A stretch of DNA of 64,000 nt, taken from positions 608,001-672,000 of the forward strand of contig JAXHNB010000006.1 in assembly GCA_034520945.1 (NCBI GenBank). Direction: 5' to 3'. Under the pieces are notes generated by a model. It searched no databases and was not told where the DNA came from. It was given only the letters and a program-made list of their open reading frames with translations. Positions 49,634 through 58,625 of the stretch are shown one piece after another. The stretch comes from Trueperaceae bacterium. GTDB taxonomy: Bacteria; Deinococcota; Deinococci; Deinococcales; Trueperaceae. Position 1 is the first letter of the stretch, and the number at the start of each line of letters is the position of its first letter. Made by a program: the position numbers and the translations under genes.

Positions 49634-49714
49634 CGTTGGTTCCTCGGGCGGGCTCGGGCGCCGAGTGCGCCGGGTGCGGCGTTCCAGCGGATGCTCGTGA
49701 TGTAGGATTCCATC

Positions 49715-49969
49715 GTGGCACATCGGACGCAGTTCACGCTCACCGACGACCAGTACCGGCGTCTTCGAGAGGAGGCGACGAGGACGGGCCTCAGCATGGC
49801 CGAGTTGGTGAGGCTCGCCGTCGAGCGCACCTACGGCGCTCGCAGCGTAGAGCAACGCTCGCGTGCGCTGGAACGTTCGTTCCATGGGTGGGCCGAGCAT
49901 TCGGAAGGCGGGCGGGCATACGTGGATGGCTTGCGTAGAGGGATGGCGCATCGCCTGGATCGCGAGTAG
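49715..49969 (+). CDS. Ribbon-helix-helix antitoxin (VapB-like)
   Basis: HRTQFTLTDDQY..L...GLSMAELVRLAVE; GTG 6 nt after TAGGAT. Confidence 0.8.
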   Translation: MAHRTQFTLTDDQYRRLREEATRTGLSMAELVRLAVERTYGARSVEQRSRALERSFHGWAEHSEGGRAYVDGLRRGMAHRLDRE

Positions 49970-49979
49970 CGCACCGCAG

Positions 49980-50360
49980 GTGGCGGTTCTCGTCGATACC
50001 TCCGTGATGGTCGATCATCTTCGTGGCGTCGACGAGGCGCGACGCGCGCTTCAGAGCGCATCTCACGAAGGAGAGCGGTTGGTGGCCACGGTAATGTGCA
50101 AGGTCGAGGTCCTGGCTGGCATGCGTCTCCATGAGGAGACCGCGACGCGTGCACTGTTGAGCGTATTCGATTGGCTTCCCGTGAGCGAAGCCGTGGCGGA
50201 ACACGCGGGGATGCTCGCGAACCGGTACCTGCGCTCGCACCCGGGCGTCGATCCCGTCGACTACGTGGTGGCAGCGACGGCCGAACGAGCCGGGGCCGAG
50301 CTTTGGACGCTGAACGTCAAGCACTTTCCGATGTTCCCGGGGTTGCGGCCTCCCTACTGA
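49980..50360 (+). CDS. vapC: VapC PIN-domain toxin
   Basis: [32 protein letters not shown]. Confidence 0.9.
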   Translation: MAVLVDTSVMVDHLRGVDEARRALQSASHEGERLVATVMCKVEVLAGMRLHEETATRALLSVFDWLPVSEAVAEHAGMLANRYLRSHPGVDPVDYVVAATAERAGAELWTLNVKHFPMFPGLRPPY

Positions 50361-50416
50361 CGGGCGATCCGGGATCGCTTGCGCGGCCGTTCGAGACGGT
50401 CGCGTGCAAGATTGAC

Positions 50417-50580
50417 CTGCGGTTCACGGCGGTCATCACCATGGAGGCCCAAGGGGACGGCACGCGCTACGTCGCTATCGCCAAGCACCGGGACGAGGCT
50501 GGCCGCAGCCAGCACGAGGAGATCGGCTTCGAGCAGGGATGGGGCACCGCGCTGGACCAACGGGTGGACTTTGATGAAGG
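50417..50580 (+). pseudogene. SRPBCC/Aha1-domain protein 3' remnant
   Basis: [16 protein letters not shown]...[16 protein letters not shown] with no N-terminal half. Confidence 0.7.
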
Positions 50581-50673
50581 CGTCGTAGGGGGGAGGTGCG
50601 CCCCACGCCTGGGCCGGGCGCCAGGTCGCGGGGCGCGTAGGACCGGGGCGCTCAGCCTCGCCGACGCGCTCCT

Positions 50674-50687
50674 TTGACCTGCGTCAT
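50674..50687 (+). promoter_or_regulatory. CRP/FNR-type box
   Basis: TTGAC-CTGC-GTCAT centred 42.5 bp upstream of ATG 50723. Confidence 0.75.
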
Positions 50688-50722
50688 GGGTCGGCGCGGC
50701 GTGAGCCGGCAGACTGGGTGTC

Positions 50723-50941
50723 ATGACAGCGAACGCGTCCATCCCTTTCGAGTCCATCACCTCCGAAACCACGCTCAACGACGTCATCGCCGCCCAGCCT
50801 GAAGCGACCACCGTATTCGCCGCGCGCGACCTCGACACCTGCTGCGGTGGGGGCGCGACCCTCGCCGAGGCCTGCGCCGACGCCGGCGTGTCGCTCGACG
50901 ACTTGATGGCCGACCTCGGGCGCCTGTGGGACCGAACGTGA
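50723..50941 (+). CDS. Stand-alone DUF542 (ScdA/RIC N-terminal domain) protein
   Basis: VFAARDLDTCCGG..TLAEAC. Confidence 0.85.
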   Translation: MTANASIPFESITSETTLNDVIAAQPEATTVFAARDLDTCCGGGATLAEACADAGVSLDDLMADLGRLWDRT

Positions 50942-51279
50942 GCGTGCCGCCCGAAGGCGAGGCCGACACCGCGCTCGCCCACCACGACCTGCCCGCGCTC
51001 GCCCGGTACGGGGCGACGCGCGACGCCCAGATCCTCGTGGACGCGCCGGAGGTACGCATGGTGCTGTTCAGCCTCCAGGACGGGCAACGCGTCCGCGGGC
51101 GGGGCGAACCGCGGGTGCACATGATCTGCATCGAGGGCGAGGGCGAGCTTTGGGCGGGCGAACGCAGCGTGCCTGCGCGCGCGGGAAGCATGATCGGCTG
51201 CGGGGCCGGCGAGGCGCACGGCGCGCAGGCGGGCGACGGACGCTTCCTGGTGCTGGGCGTAATCACGCCGCGGCCCTGA
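50938..51279 (+). CDS. Small cupin-domain protein
   Basis: RMVLFSLQDGQ...ICIEGEG...EAHGAQA; GTGA coupling. Confidence 0.75.
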   Translation: MSVPPEGEADTALAHHDLPALARYGATRDAQILVDAPEVRMVLFSLQDGQRVRGRGEPRVHMICIEGEGELWAGERSVPARAGSMIGCGAGEAHGAQAGDGRFLVLGVITPRP

Positions 51280-51289
51280 ACGCGCGATC

Positions 51290-51703
51290 ATGATCGCAGC
51301 CACCCGTATTGCGCTCAGCGCGGGCGTCCTCTACTTCCTGATCTCCAACACGCTGGGCCTCCTGCTCGGCACCGGCACCGTGTCCCCCTCGTGGCGGCCG
51401 GCGCACGCCCACCTGAACCTGCTGGGGTTCGTGGCGATGATGATCTACGGCGTGGCGTACCACGCGCTGCCACGATTTCGGGGCGTGCCGATGCGCCGCC
51501 CGCACCTGGCGCTGGGCCAGGTGGTGCTGGCCAACGTCGGCCTGATCGGCATGGCCCTCACCTGGGGGCTGCGATGGGACGCCGCAGCCTTTGCGCTGTG
51601 GGGCGGCCTGTCCTGGTTGGCCAGCGTGCTGTTCGTGGCCCTCATGATGGAGGTGCTGTGGCGTCCACGGCCGGCCATCCCGTCGGGCGGGCGCCTACGC
51701 TGA
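51290..51703 (+). CDS. 4-TM membrane protein with HxH motif (heme-copper-oxidase-subunit-I-like repeat)
   Basis: AHAHLNLLGFVAMMIYGVAYHALPRF. Confidence 0.75.
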   Translation: MIAATRIALSAGVLYFLISNTLGLLLGTGTVSPSWRPAHAHLNLLGFVAMMIYGVAYHALPRFRGVPMRRPHLALGQVVLANVGLIGMALTWGLRWDAAAFALWGGLSWLASVLFVALMMEVLWRPRPAIPSGGRLR

Positions 51704-51737
51704 GTCGCTGGCCGTAGGTTTCGCGCCTCTTTCTCGG

Positions 51738-51770
51738 GCGCTGGGCCGGCCCAATGGGCCGGCCCAGCGC
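51738..51770. terminator. Perfect 33-bp inverted repeat between convergent genes
   Basis: GCGCTGGGCCGGCCCA-A-TGGGCCGGCCCAGCGC. Confidence 0.65.
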
Positions 51771-51830
51771 GTCGCGTCGTATCGCGGGTGGCGCAGTGTC
51801 CACGGGCCTACTCCGTTCGTGGGTCACGGG

Positions 51831-52577
51831 TCAGTCGTGGGCGTCCTCCAGCGAGGCCCCGTGCCATGCGTGCGGCCAGATCGCGCCGGTGGTGGCGTGG
51901 ACGCTGAGCATGCCGTCGACGCGCCCCTCGCGGCCGTAGTCGAAGGTGACGTAGCCTGGGAACGCCTGTCCGGCGAGGATCTCGGCGCCCGGCAGGAACC
52001 CCTTGAGGAAATCCTTCGCCAGGTCGCGCGCCGCCGCTTCGTCGTAGCGTTCCGCGGGCGCTGCGGCGTAGCCCATCCCGCCGGCGCGGTTCCACATCAT
52101 GTTGGGGCCCGGTTCGGGCGTCACCTGGCCGGTGTAGCGGTCGACGAGCAATTCCGCCAGCCCTCGGTCCTCGCCGTCCACGACCTGCGCGTAGGTGTGG
52201 TTCGCGAAGGGCATGACGTCGGCGATGCGCGCGTCGGGGCCGAACGAGGCCGCGGCCTCCTCCAGGCGTTCGCGCAGCAGCGTGTCGTCGAGCGGCGTCG
52301 CGCCGGCGGGCAACGTCTGCATCATGCCCATGCCGCCGCCCATCATGCCGCCGCCCATCATGCCGCGCGTGCCAGGGGCCATGCGTCCGGGGACCCGCTG
52401 GCCGTACCCCATACCGCCGTACCCCATGGCACCGTTGCCGGGACCCATGTGGTGGGCACGTTGGTAGCCGTCGTTCGTCCATGGTTGCGTGTTCGGGCCG
52501 TCCATCATGCCCTGGGCGACCACCAGTCCGAGGGCGAGGAGGCCGAGGGTGATCAGTAGCGTTCGTGTGCGGTTCAT
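51831..52577 (-). CDS. Secreted Met/Gly-rich protein (PepSY-like C-terminus)
   Basis: Signal peptide; GMMGGGMMGGGMGMM; PEPGPNMMWN; FPGYVTFD; WPHAWHG. Confidence 0.8.
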   Translation of the reverse strand: MNRTRTLLITLGLLALGLVVAQGMMDGPNTQPWTNDGYQRAHHMGPGNGAMGYGGMGYGQRVPGRMAPGTRGMMGGGMMGGGMGMMQTLPAGATPLDDTLLRERLEEAAASFGPDARIADVMPFANHTYAQVVDGEDRGLAELLVDRYTGQVTPEPGPNMMWNRAGGMGYAAAPAERYDEAAARDLAKDFLKGFLPGAEILAGQAFPGYVTFDYGREGRVDGMLSVHATTGAIWPHAWHGASLEDAHD

Positions 52578-52834
52578 GTCGTGTCCTTTCGCGTCAGTTC
52601 GCTCTTGCGACGTTCGAACTCGTCGCTGTCGATCTCGCCGCGGGCGTAGCGCTCGCGGAGGATATCGAGGGCGCGGTCGTCCCTCTCGCTGCTTTCGTTG
52701 CGGCCTCCGGTCTGCGACCGGCCTTGATCCAGCGCCCGTACCAGCCAGACGATGGCCAGGATCAGGACGATCCAGAACAGGATCATGCCGATGCCGCCGA
52801 AGCCGCCCATGCCCCAGCCGCCGTAGCCCATCAT
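52574..52834 (-). CDS. SHOCT-domain membrane protein
   Basis: GMILFWIVLI...ALDILRERYARGEIDSDEFERRK; GGAGAGGAG RBS. Confidence 0.88.
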   Translation of the reverse strand: MMGYGGWGMGGFGGIGMILFWIVLILAIVWLVRALDQGRSQTGGRNESSERDDRALDILRERYARGEIDSDEFERRKSELTRKDTT

Positions 52835-52954
52835 CGGACTCCTCCCTCCAACTCAGCGGTCTGCCAGGCGCCGGGCTCGACGCCGCGAACGTCGCGGTCG
52901 ATGCGCGCGCTTGGGATGGTGTTCGCACAGGTCTGCATGTGGACCTCCGTTCCG

Positions 52955-52969
52955 TACCCCATCGGGGTA
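52955..52969. promoter_or_regulatory. CsoR/RicR-type operator
   Basis: Perfect TACCCC-ATC-GGGGTA palindrome upstream of SHOCT gene. Confidence 0.7.
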
Positions 52970-53374
52970 TCTGCGTCGAGGATGCCCTGCCCGTGTAAAG
53001 CTGACGTCAAGGGCCGGACAAGCTCGGATGAAGTCGTCTACGCGTGCACCTGCCGGTTTCGTGCATGTTGGCGCCATGCGCCTGCCCCAGGCCCTGCTTC
53101 CGCGCGCCGCCGCTGCCGTTCACGGCGCCCGAGTCGCTGCACGACTGACGCAGGTTCCTGGCGGCGCCGGAGGACGCAGTGAGCGCCGTGCACACCACTT
53201 TGGGCAGCACGGGCGCGCCGATGGTGGTGCGGTTCACCTGGCGCGATTTGCAGCGTCTGACCAACCTGTGGGCGCTTGGGTTGCGGCTGGTGGGCACGGA
53301 TTCCATGCGCGCACCGATCGCGCTCCCCTGCAGGCGCGGCCTGCCGGCCTGCCGCGAGGTGGGCGTCCGCCTCG

Positions 53375-53641
53375 CTACTCGTTCGGGGGGGTCAGGTCCC
53401 GTACCTGGCGCGCATACTCCTCGTCGTCGATCTCGCCGCGCGCGTAGCGTCGACGCAGGCGCTCGTGCGCCCGCGCGTTCGCGTCTTCCTCCCGTGCCCG
53501 TTCCTTCTTGAGGCCGATGGCACGCATCAGCCGGTCGATTCCCATGACGGAGAGGATGACGAGCAGGGCGACGCCGAGCGGGGCGAATCCGCCCATGCCC
53601 CAGCCGTGGTAGGGAAGCATGGCAGCCCCGAGGATCATCAC
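53375..53641 (-). CDS. Second SHOCT-domain membrane protein (possibly degenerate)
   Basis: GWGMGGF...LRRRYARGEIDDEEY. Confidence 0.7.
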   Translation of the reverse strand: MMILGAAMLPYHGWGMGGFAPLGVALLVILSVMGIDRLMRAIGLKKERAREEDANARAHERLRRRYARGEIDDEEYARQVRDLTPPNE

Positions 53642-53749
53642 GCCCGCCCCCTCACGTGGCGCCCCCCATCAGCAGGTTCCGCCGGGTGTCGCGGGTGGAC
53701 GGGTCGAACTGCAGGCCCATGGAGAGAGTGTACGCGCCCTGGCCCGGCC

Positions 53750-54047
53750 ATCGGTCGGCCGGATCGGCGTGCAAGGGCTCGAGATCCACCGAGGCCACGC
53801 CGATGCGCGGCGTCATGGGTAGGGACTCGAGGTTCGGCAAGCGTTCGCAGTGTGCAAGCAGATCGTCGAGGGGCATGGCCCGTTCGATGCCGTTTCGCTT
53901 GTGAAGCAATGCGACCTCCCACACGCGAAGGGCCGACACCGCGATGCCGCTCTCAATGTGCGCCTGAATGGCCCGTCGGGCGGTTGCGCTCGGTTCGCGC
54001 GGTTCGCTCAGCCACCACAGCCAGGCGTGCGTGTCGAGGGCGATCAC
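53750..54047 (-). pseudogene. Truncated VapC PIN toxin without antitoxin
   Basis: IALDTHAWLWW...WEVALL...HADPADR, then the conserved LIxATA tail is lost. Confidence 0.75.
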
Positions 54048-54082
54048 GCGCTCGGTCGGCCGCCTGGCCCCTCCTGGACGCC

Positions 54083-55162
54083 TCAGGCGCGCGGCGCAAG
54101 GCGCTTCGGGTGCTGGAAGGCGAAGTCCTCGCGGAGGATCATGTCGAGCGTCTGTTCGATCGTGGGGCGGTCCCCCCAGTAGGTGCCGGCGTTGCAGAAG
54201 CGCACCACGCCCTCGGGGTCGATGATGACGGTCGTCGGGCGGTTCACGAACTCGCCGTGGACGGCGTACTGCAGCGGTTCGGTCCCGTACCGGGCACCGA
54301 CGGCGCCGGCCCGGTCCATGAGGTGAGGCCACCAGATCCGTTCGGTGTAGGCCTCCTTGAACCATTGCCGTGAGCCCCATAGCGTGGGTTGGATCTCGCG
54401 GCCCACCATGAGGCGAGCGCGCCAGGTGTCGTGCGCCTCGAGCGTCGCGAGCTGTACGCCTCGCTCCACGAACGCGTCGCGCATCTCCATCAACTCGGCG
54501 AATTCGCGGTGGCAGACGGGGCACCAGTCGGCGAACACCCACACCAGGACGACCCAAGCGCCGCGGGCGTTCCGCAGGCGCCACCTTCGGCCTTCGGTGT
54601 CGTCCAGCTCGAAGTCGATGGCGTGATGACCGGGTGCAGGGCGACCGAAGTGGTCTTCGTTCAGGGCCAGGAAGGCGTCGCGTTGGGCGTCCGAGCTGTG
54701 GCCGGCGGCCTCGATCTGCGCCGCTGCCAGCTCGAGCTGATGGCGGACGTCGGCGTGCGGTTCGGACGCGAGGCGTTCTTGCAGGAGCTCCAGGGACGGC
54801 GTCGCACCCATCTCGCCCAACGCGATGGCCCCGTACGCCCGGGCGACCGGTTCGGGGTCTTGGGCAACCATGCGTTCGAGGTCGTCCCGTGCCGCGTGCG
54901 CCCGGGCGATGCCGAGGGCGTACGCGGCGAGGCTGCGGACGTTCAGGTCCTCGTCGGCCAGTCCACTCGCGACGGCGTCGGGGTCGGCGAGCGCCCCCCG
55001 GATGAGGTCGCGGACGGCCAGGGAGCGCACGCGGCCGTCTTGATCCTCGAGATCGGCCACGCCCGGCTCGCCCAGCTCGCGGTCCACGGTGAAGGTGCGC
55101 CGTTCGGCCTCGAGGGGATGGAAGTCGTGCCGGCGGATCCGTTCGAAGGTGGCGGAAACCAT
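54083..55162 (-). CDS. HEAT-repeat + AhpC/TSA redoxin fusion protein
   Basis: VRSLAAYALG / ARAYGAIALGEMG repeats; DFEL.DTEG, ADWCPVC, RPTTVIIDPEG; ATG 5 nt after TACACT. Confidence 0.8.
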   Translation of the reverse strand: MVSATFERIRRHDFHPLEAERRTFTVDRELGEPGVADLEDQDGRVRSLAVRDLIRGALADPDAVASGLADEDLNVRSLAAYALGIARAHAARDDLERMVAQDPEPVARAYGAIALGEMGATPSLELLQERLASEPHADVRHQLELAAAQIEAAGHSSDAQRDAFLALNEDHFGRPAPGHHAIDFELDDTEGRRWRLRNARGAWVVLVWVFADWCPVCHREFAELMEMRDAFVERGVQLATLEAHDTWRARLMVGREIQPTLWGSRQWFKEAYTERIWWPHLMDRAGAVGARYGTEPLQYAVHGEFVNRPTTVIIDPEGVVRFCNAGTYWGDRPTIEQTLDMILREDFAFQHPKRLAPRA

Positions 55163-55342
55163 GCGTGAGTGTAGGCGACGCCCCGTTCTCGACCGCGTCG
55201 CGTGTTTGTCGGGCCCAGAAGGGGCTGGCGCGAGGGGGTCTGATCGACCGGCACCGCGTCGTTCGTCGTTACGAGCGTTGCAGTGCGCCCGTGGCGCTAC
55301 GGGCTGCAGGCGAATCCGATGAATCGTGCAAAGCTGTAGCGC

Positions 55343-55816
55343 ATGAGACCCATCCAGCGCCTGATCGGACGCGTACGTCACCCCATGGCCGAGCGGCACG
55401 CGCGCGGCAAGGGCATCGAGGTGCTTGCCGCCGAACTCGAGGCGTCCGGCCGCGCGCTGGACGCCCGCATCGCCGGAAAGCTGGACACGTCCGGGAACCG
55501 CGAGGCGCTGGCTCACTGGATCGGGATCGAGCGCTGGGGGCAGCGCCGCCTCCACGTGACGCTGGGTGAGCCCTTCCTCCAGGACGAACATCATTCCTAC
55601 CGGCCCGACATGGGGGAAGGGTTGACGGCGCTGCAGCGCGCCTTGGCCGAGACGCGCGCCGAGACGGTGGCGTTGGCACGCAGGCTGCAGAAGGAAGGTG
55701 TCGATCCCACCACGACCGTGCCGCACAACGATCTGGGCCGGCTGAGCGTGGCCGGCTGGCTGGCGTACCTGCGGCAACATCCGGAGCAGGAGGCGAGGGG
55801 GCGGCTGCGGGGGTGA
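55343..55816 (+). CDS. DinB-like four-helix protein
   Basis: LAHWIGIERWGQRRL, PHNDLGRLS..GWL.YL..H. Confidence 0.7.
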   Translation: MRPIQRLIGRVRHPMAERHARGKGIEVLAAELEASGRALDARIAGKLDTSGNREALAHWIGIERWGQRRLHVTLGEPFLQDEHHSYRPDMGEGLTALQRALAETRAETVALARRLQKEGVDPTTTVPHNDLGRLSVAGWLAYLRQHPEQEARGRLRG

Positions 55817-56023
55817 CCTCGGCGGGCCCGGACGCTCACGACCGACCTTGGGGCGTGTCCTCTTCCGCCAGCAGGCCGTCGATCGCCTGGAGCGCCCACA
55901 GGGTCCGAGCGAGCGTGGTTGACCTCGGCGGGCCCGGACGCTCACGACCGACCTTGGGGCGTGTCCTCTTCCGCCAGCAGGCCGTCGATCGCCTGGAGCG
56001 CGCGCAGGGTCCGAGCGAGCGTG
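55814..56023. repeat. Tandem duplication, 104-bp unit, period 106
   Basis: 55814-55917 vs 55920-56023 identical except 2 bases. Confidence 0.95.
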
Positions 56024-56427
56024 CCGCTGCCCAAGTGGTCGCCTAGCTCGCGATCCAGTACGGCCAGGAACGCGCGAACGTCCGCCATCATCCGTTCGCC
56101 CCGGTCGGTGAACACGATGCACTTCTGCCTGCCGGTGCCCTCACGTTGTTCCACGTATCCGGCGCGGGACAACTGCGCGACGGTCTTGCCCACCATCTGC
56201 CGGGACACACCGAGCGTGCGGGCGACGTCGGAGGCGACGTTCACGCCGCAGTCGAGCGTCCCCAAGAACTCGAGAACCGCTGGGGAGAGGTCCTCGTATC
56301 CTTTCTCCTGCAGGTGCTGGGCCGCGCGTGACACGATCCGTTCGTGGACGTCGGCGGTCGCGAACACGAGCGCGAGCGAGCGGCTCTCGACCATCGCCAC
56401 CCCGCGCTGTGTAAACCAAGTTGACAT
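55942..56427 (-). CDS. MarR-family regulator
   Basis: ASDVARTLGVSRQMVGKTVAQL...GYV...FTDRG. Confidence 0.85.
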   Translation of the reverse strand: MSTWFTQRGVAMVESRSLALVFATADVHERIVSRAAQHLQEKGYEDLSPAVLEFLGTLDCGVNVASDVARTLGVSRQMVGKTVAQLSRAGYVEQREGTGRQKCIVFTDRGERMMADVRAFLAVLDRELGDHLGSGTLARTLRALQAIDGLLAEEDTPQGRS

Positions 56428-56467
56428 AGGGCGCTCCGTCCGCTAGCCTGTGTCTACCAAGTTTACA
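56410..56467. promoter_or_regulatory. Two MarR-type operators flanking a TTGACA-N17-TAGCCT promoter
   Basis: TGTAAAC-CAA-GTTGACA (56410-56426) and TGTCTAC-CAA-GTTTACA (56451-56467). Confidence 0.75.
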
Positions 56468-56510
56468 TGCGGCCGCGGTTCCGACCCGGCGGCGTGGAAG
56501 GGGCCCGAAC

Positions 56511-57425
56511 ATGCACACCGCACGCCCATTACGCCACGCGCTGCTTGCCAACGCCACGTTCTCGCTGGTGATGGCGTCGCTGCTCGTCATTGCCCCCTCG
56601 CGTGTCGGGGACGCTCTGGCGCTCGACGCGCCCGGCCTCTTGCGGTTTTTGGGCTACGGGCTCGTCGTCTTCGGCGCGGACCTCGTGCACCAGGCCACCC
56701 GCGAGCGTGTCGCGACGTGGCGGGCGCTGTATGCCAGCGCCCTGGACGTCCTGTGGGTGGTCGGAACGGCGGGATTGCTGCTCGCCCGTCCCGAGTTGCT
56801 GTCCCTCAGGGGCGCCGTCGTGGCGCTGGCGGTCGCGGGGATGGTCGCCGTGTTCGCGGCTTGGCAGCTCTGGGCGATCGACCGAGCACACGCCGGTTCG
56901 AGCTCGGGTTTGCGCCGCCACTGCGTGGCCGTGCACGCAGACGTCTCGGCCGATGCCATGTGGCGCGTCTTGGGCGACTTCGGCCGCATTCAGCGCTTCA
57001 CGGCGAGTCTGGCCAGCTCCGAGATCCTGGGCGACGAGGATGCGGACGTCGGCGCTGGTGCGCCGATGCGTGGACGTGCGCGGCAATGCCTGGGAGGAGG
57101 CCTGCGTGGCCTACGAGCCCGGCAGCAGCCTCACGATGCGCTTCTTGGCAGAGGCGCCGGACGTTCCCTTCCCTGCGCGGTCCATGACGCGCGGTTGGAA
57201 TCTCGTTCCGGACGGCTCACGAACGCGCGTCGAGGTGTGGTGGGAACGGCGCCCCGCCCGCGCTACGCCGCGCCCGTGCTCATGCCCCTCTTCGCCTGGC
57301 GGGCCGACCGGGCGATCCCGGAGGTGGTGCGACGCATGACGCAGGCCGCCAGGGGTGCCCGAGGGGTCGAGGCCTCGCGGCGCGGGGTTCGCCGCTTGGC
57401 GCGGCCCCTTCCGCGTGCGTGCTGA
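56511..57425 (+). pseudogene. Membrane + SRPBCC fusion with two compensating frameshifts
   Basis: 4-TM N-terminus; SRPBCC core (VRRCVD...WEEAC..YEPG...GWNLVP) lies in another frame between ~57055 and ~57250. Confidence 0.7.
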
Positions 57426-57447
57426 CCGAGGACACGTGCTCCCTGCG

Positions 57448-58176
57448 CTACGCGGCGCAACCGTCGTCGTCGCAGGCCGCCCCGTGCTCGCCGAGCGTCT
57501 CCAGCGGCGCGCGTTCCTGCCAGGTGCGGCGCAGCGCCTGCAGGATGGTGTCGGCCGGTTGCGCGCCGGGAAGGCCGTAGCGGCTGTCCAGCGCGAAGAA
57601 CGGCACGCCCGTGATGCCCAGTCGGCGGGCGCGGGTTTCGTCGGCGCGCACGTCGTCGGCGTGCGCGCCGGAGCTCAGGGCCTCGCGCACCTCGTCTGCA
57701 GGGACGCCGACGTCGTCCAGCAGCTCCACCAGCGTGTCCGTGTCGGAGATGGCGCGGGCCTCGGTGAAGTATGCCCGCAGCAGGCGTTCCTTGGCGTCGT
57801 CCTGCAGGCCGTGCTCCTGGGCGAGGTGCAGCAGGCGGTGCGCGTCGAAGGTGTTGCCGCGCTGGGCCTGGTCCAGCCGGTAGTCCAGCCCCTCGGCGGC
57901 CGCCAGTTCGGTCACCTGCTGGTTCATGGCGGCGGCGCGCTCGAGGCTGACGCCGTACTTCTCCGCCAGGTGCTGCTCGAGGCCCACGCGGGCGTGGGTC
58001 GGCGCGTCCGGGTCGAGCTCGAACGAGCGCCAGACCACGTCGACGGCGTCCGCATGCTCGAAGTCCCGGAGGGCCGCTTCGAAGCGCCGCTTGCCGATGT
58101 AGCACCAGGGGCAGACGACGTCGGACCAGATCTCGACGGTGAGGTGCTCGGTAAGGGTGGGGGCGCCGTCGTTCAT
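57448..58176 (-). CDS. frnE: FrnE-type DsbA-family oxidoreductase
   Basis: WSDVVCPWCYIG, SFELDP, NTFDAHRL, GVPFF, C-terminal ACDDDGC. Confidence 0.88.
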   Translation of the reverse strand: MNDGAPTLTEHLTVEIWSDVVCPWCYIGKRRFEAALRDFEHADAVDVVWRSFELDPDAPTHARVGLEQHLAEKYGVSLERAAAMNQQVTELAAAEGLDYRLDQAQRGNTFDAHRLLHLAQEHGLQDDAKERLLRAYFTEARAISDTDTLVELLDDVGVPADEVREALSSGAHADDVRADETRARRLGITGVPFFALDSRYGLPGAQPADTILQALRRTWQERAPLETLGEHGAACDDDGCAA

Positions 58177-58266
58177 GGGGAGAGTGTACGGGTGGGCGGG
58201 CGAGGGTGGCGTCGGCTCGGGTGCTTGTAGATTCACTTCACGCGTACCACGAGGGTACGGCTCTCC

Positions 58267-58500
58267 TTAGGTTTTGCCTATGCGGACGCGCCAGAGTTCG
58301 GGTCCGGATTCGAGGTACTCCCATTCGAGCAGGCCGGGGCGTTCGGCCTGGAACTGGTAGTACAGCGGCTTGGGATCGTGGTCGTTGACCAGCTCGTACG
58401 CTTCGCCGGGCGAGAGGTCGTCGAAGCGTTCGAACAGCAGGGGGTGGCGGTCGCGCGGTGGGATTTCCCGCACGTCGATGCGTTCCTTCGGATCGGCCAT
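58267..58500 (-). CDS. DUF2249 protein
   Basis: DVREIPPRDRHP...LVNDHDPKPLYYQF...YLESGP..WRV. Confidence 0.9.
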   Translation of the reverse strand: MADPKERIDVREIPPRDRHPLLFERFDDLSPGEAYELVNDHDPKPLYYQFQAERPGLLEWEYLESGPELWRVRIGKT

Positions 58501-58625
58501 GATGAACCTCCGGGGTCGTGGGGTGCATGTAGGTGTCGTTGCTCTTGAGGGATCGTACGCCGAGCACGGTGAGCGTGCCGGCGCCAGCGATGAGCGCTTT
58601 GTGCTCGCCTTGGGCGACGTGCACC

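Noticed and set aside
52320..52430. ATGCC-rich short tandem repeats
   Set aside because: Explained by Gly/Met codon repeats in the protein
52980..53370. Short ORFs between the two SHOCT genes
   Set aside because: No recognisable protein features; likely decayed sequence
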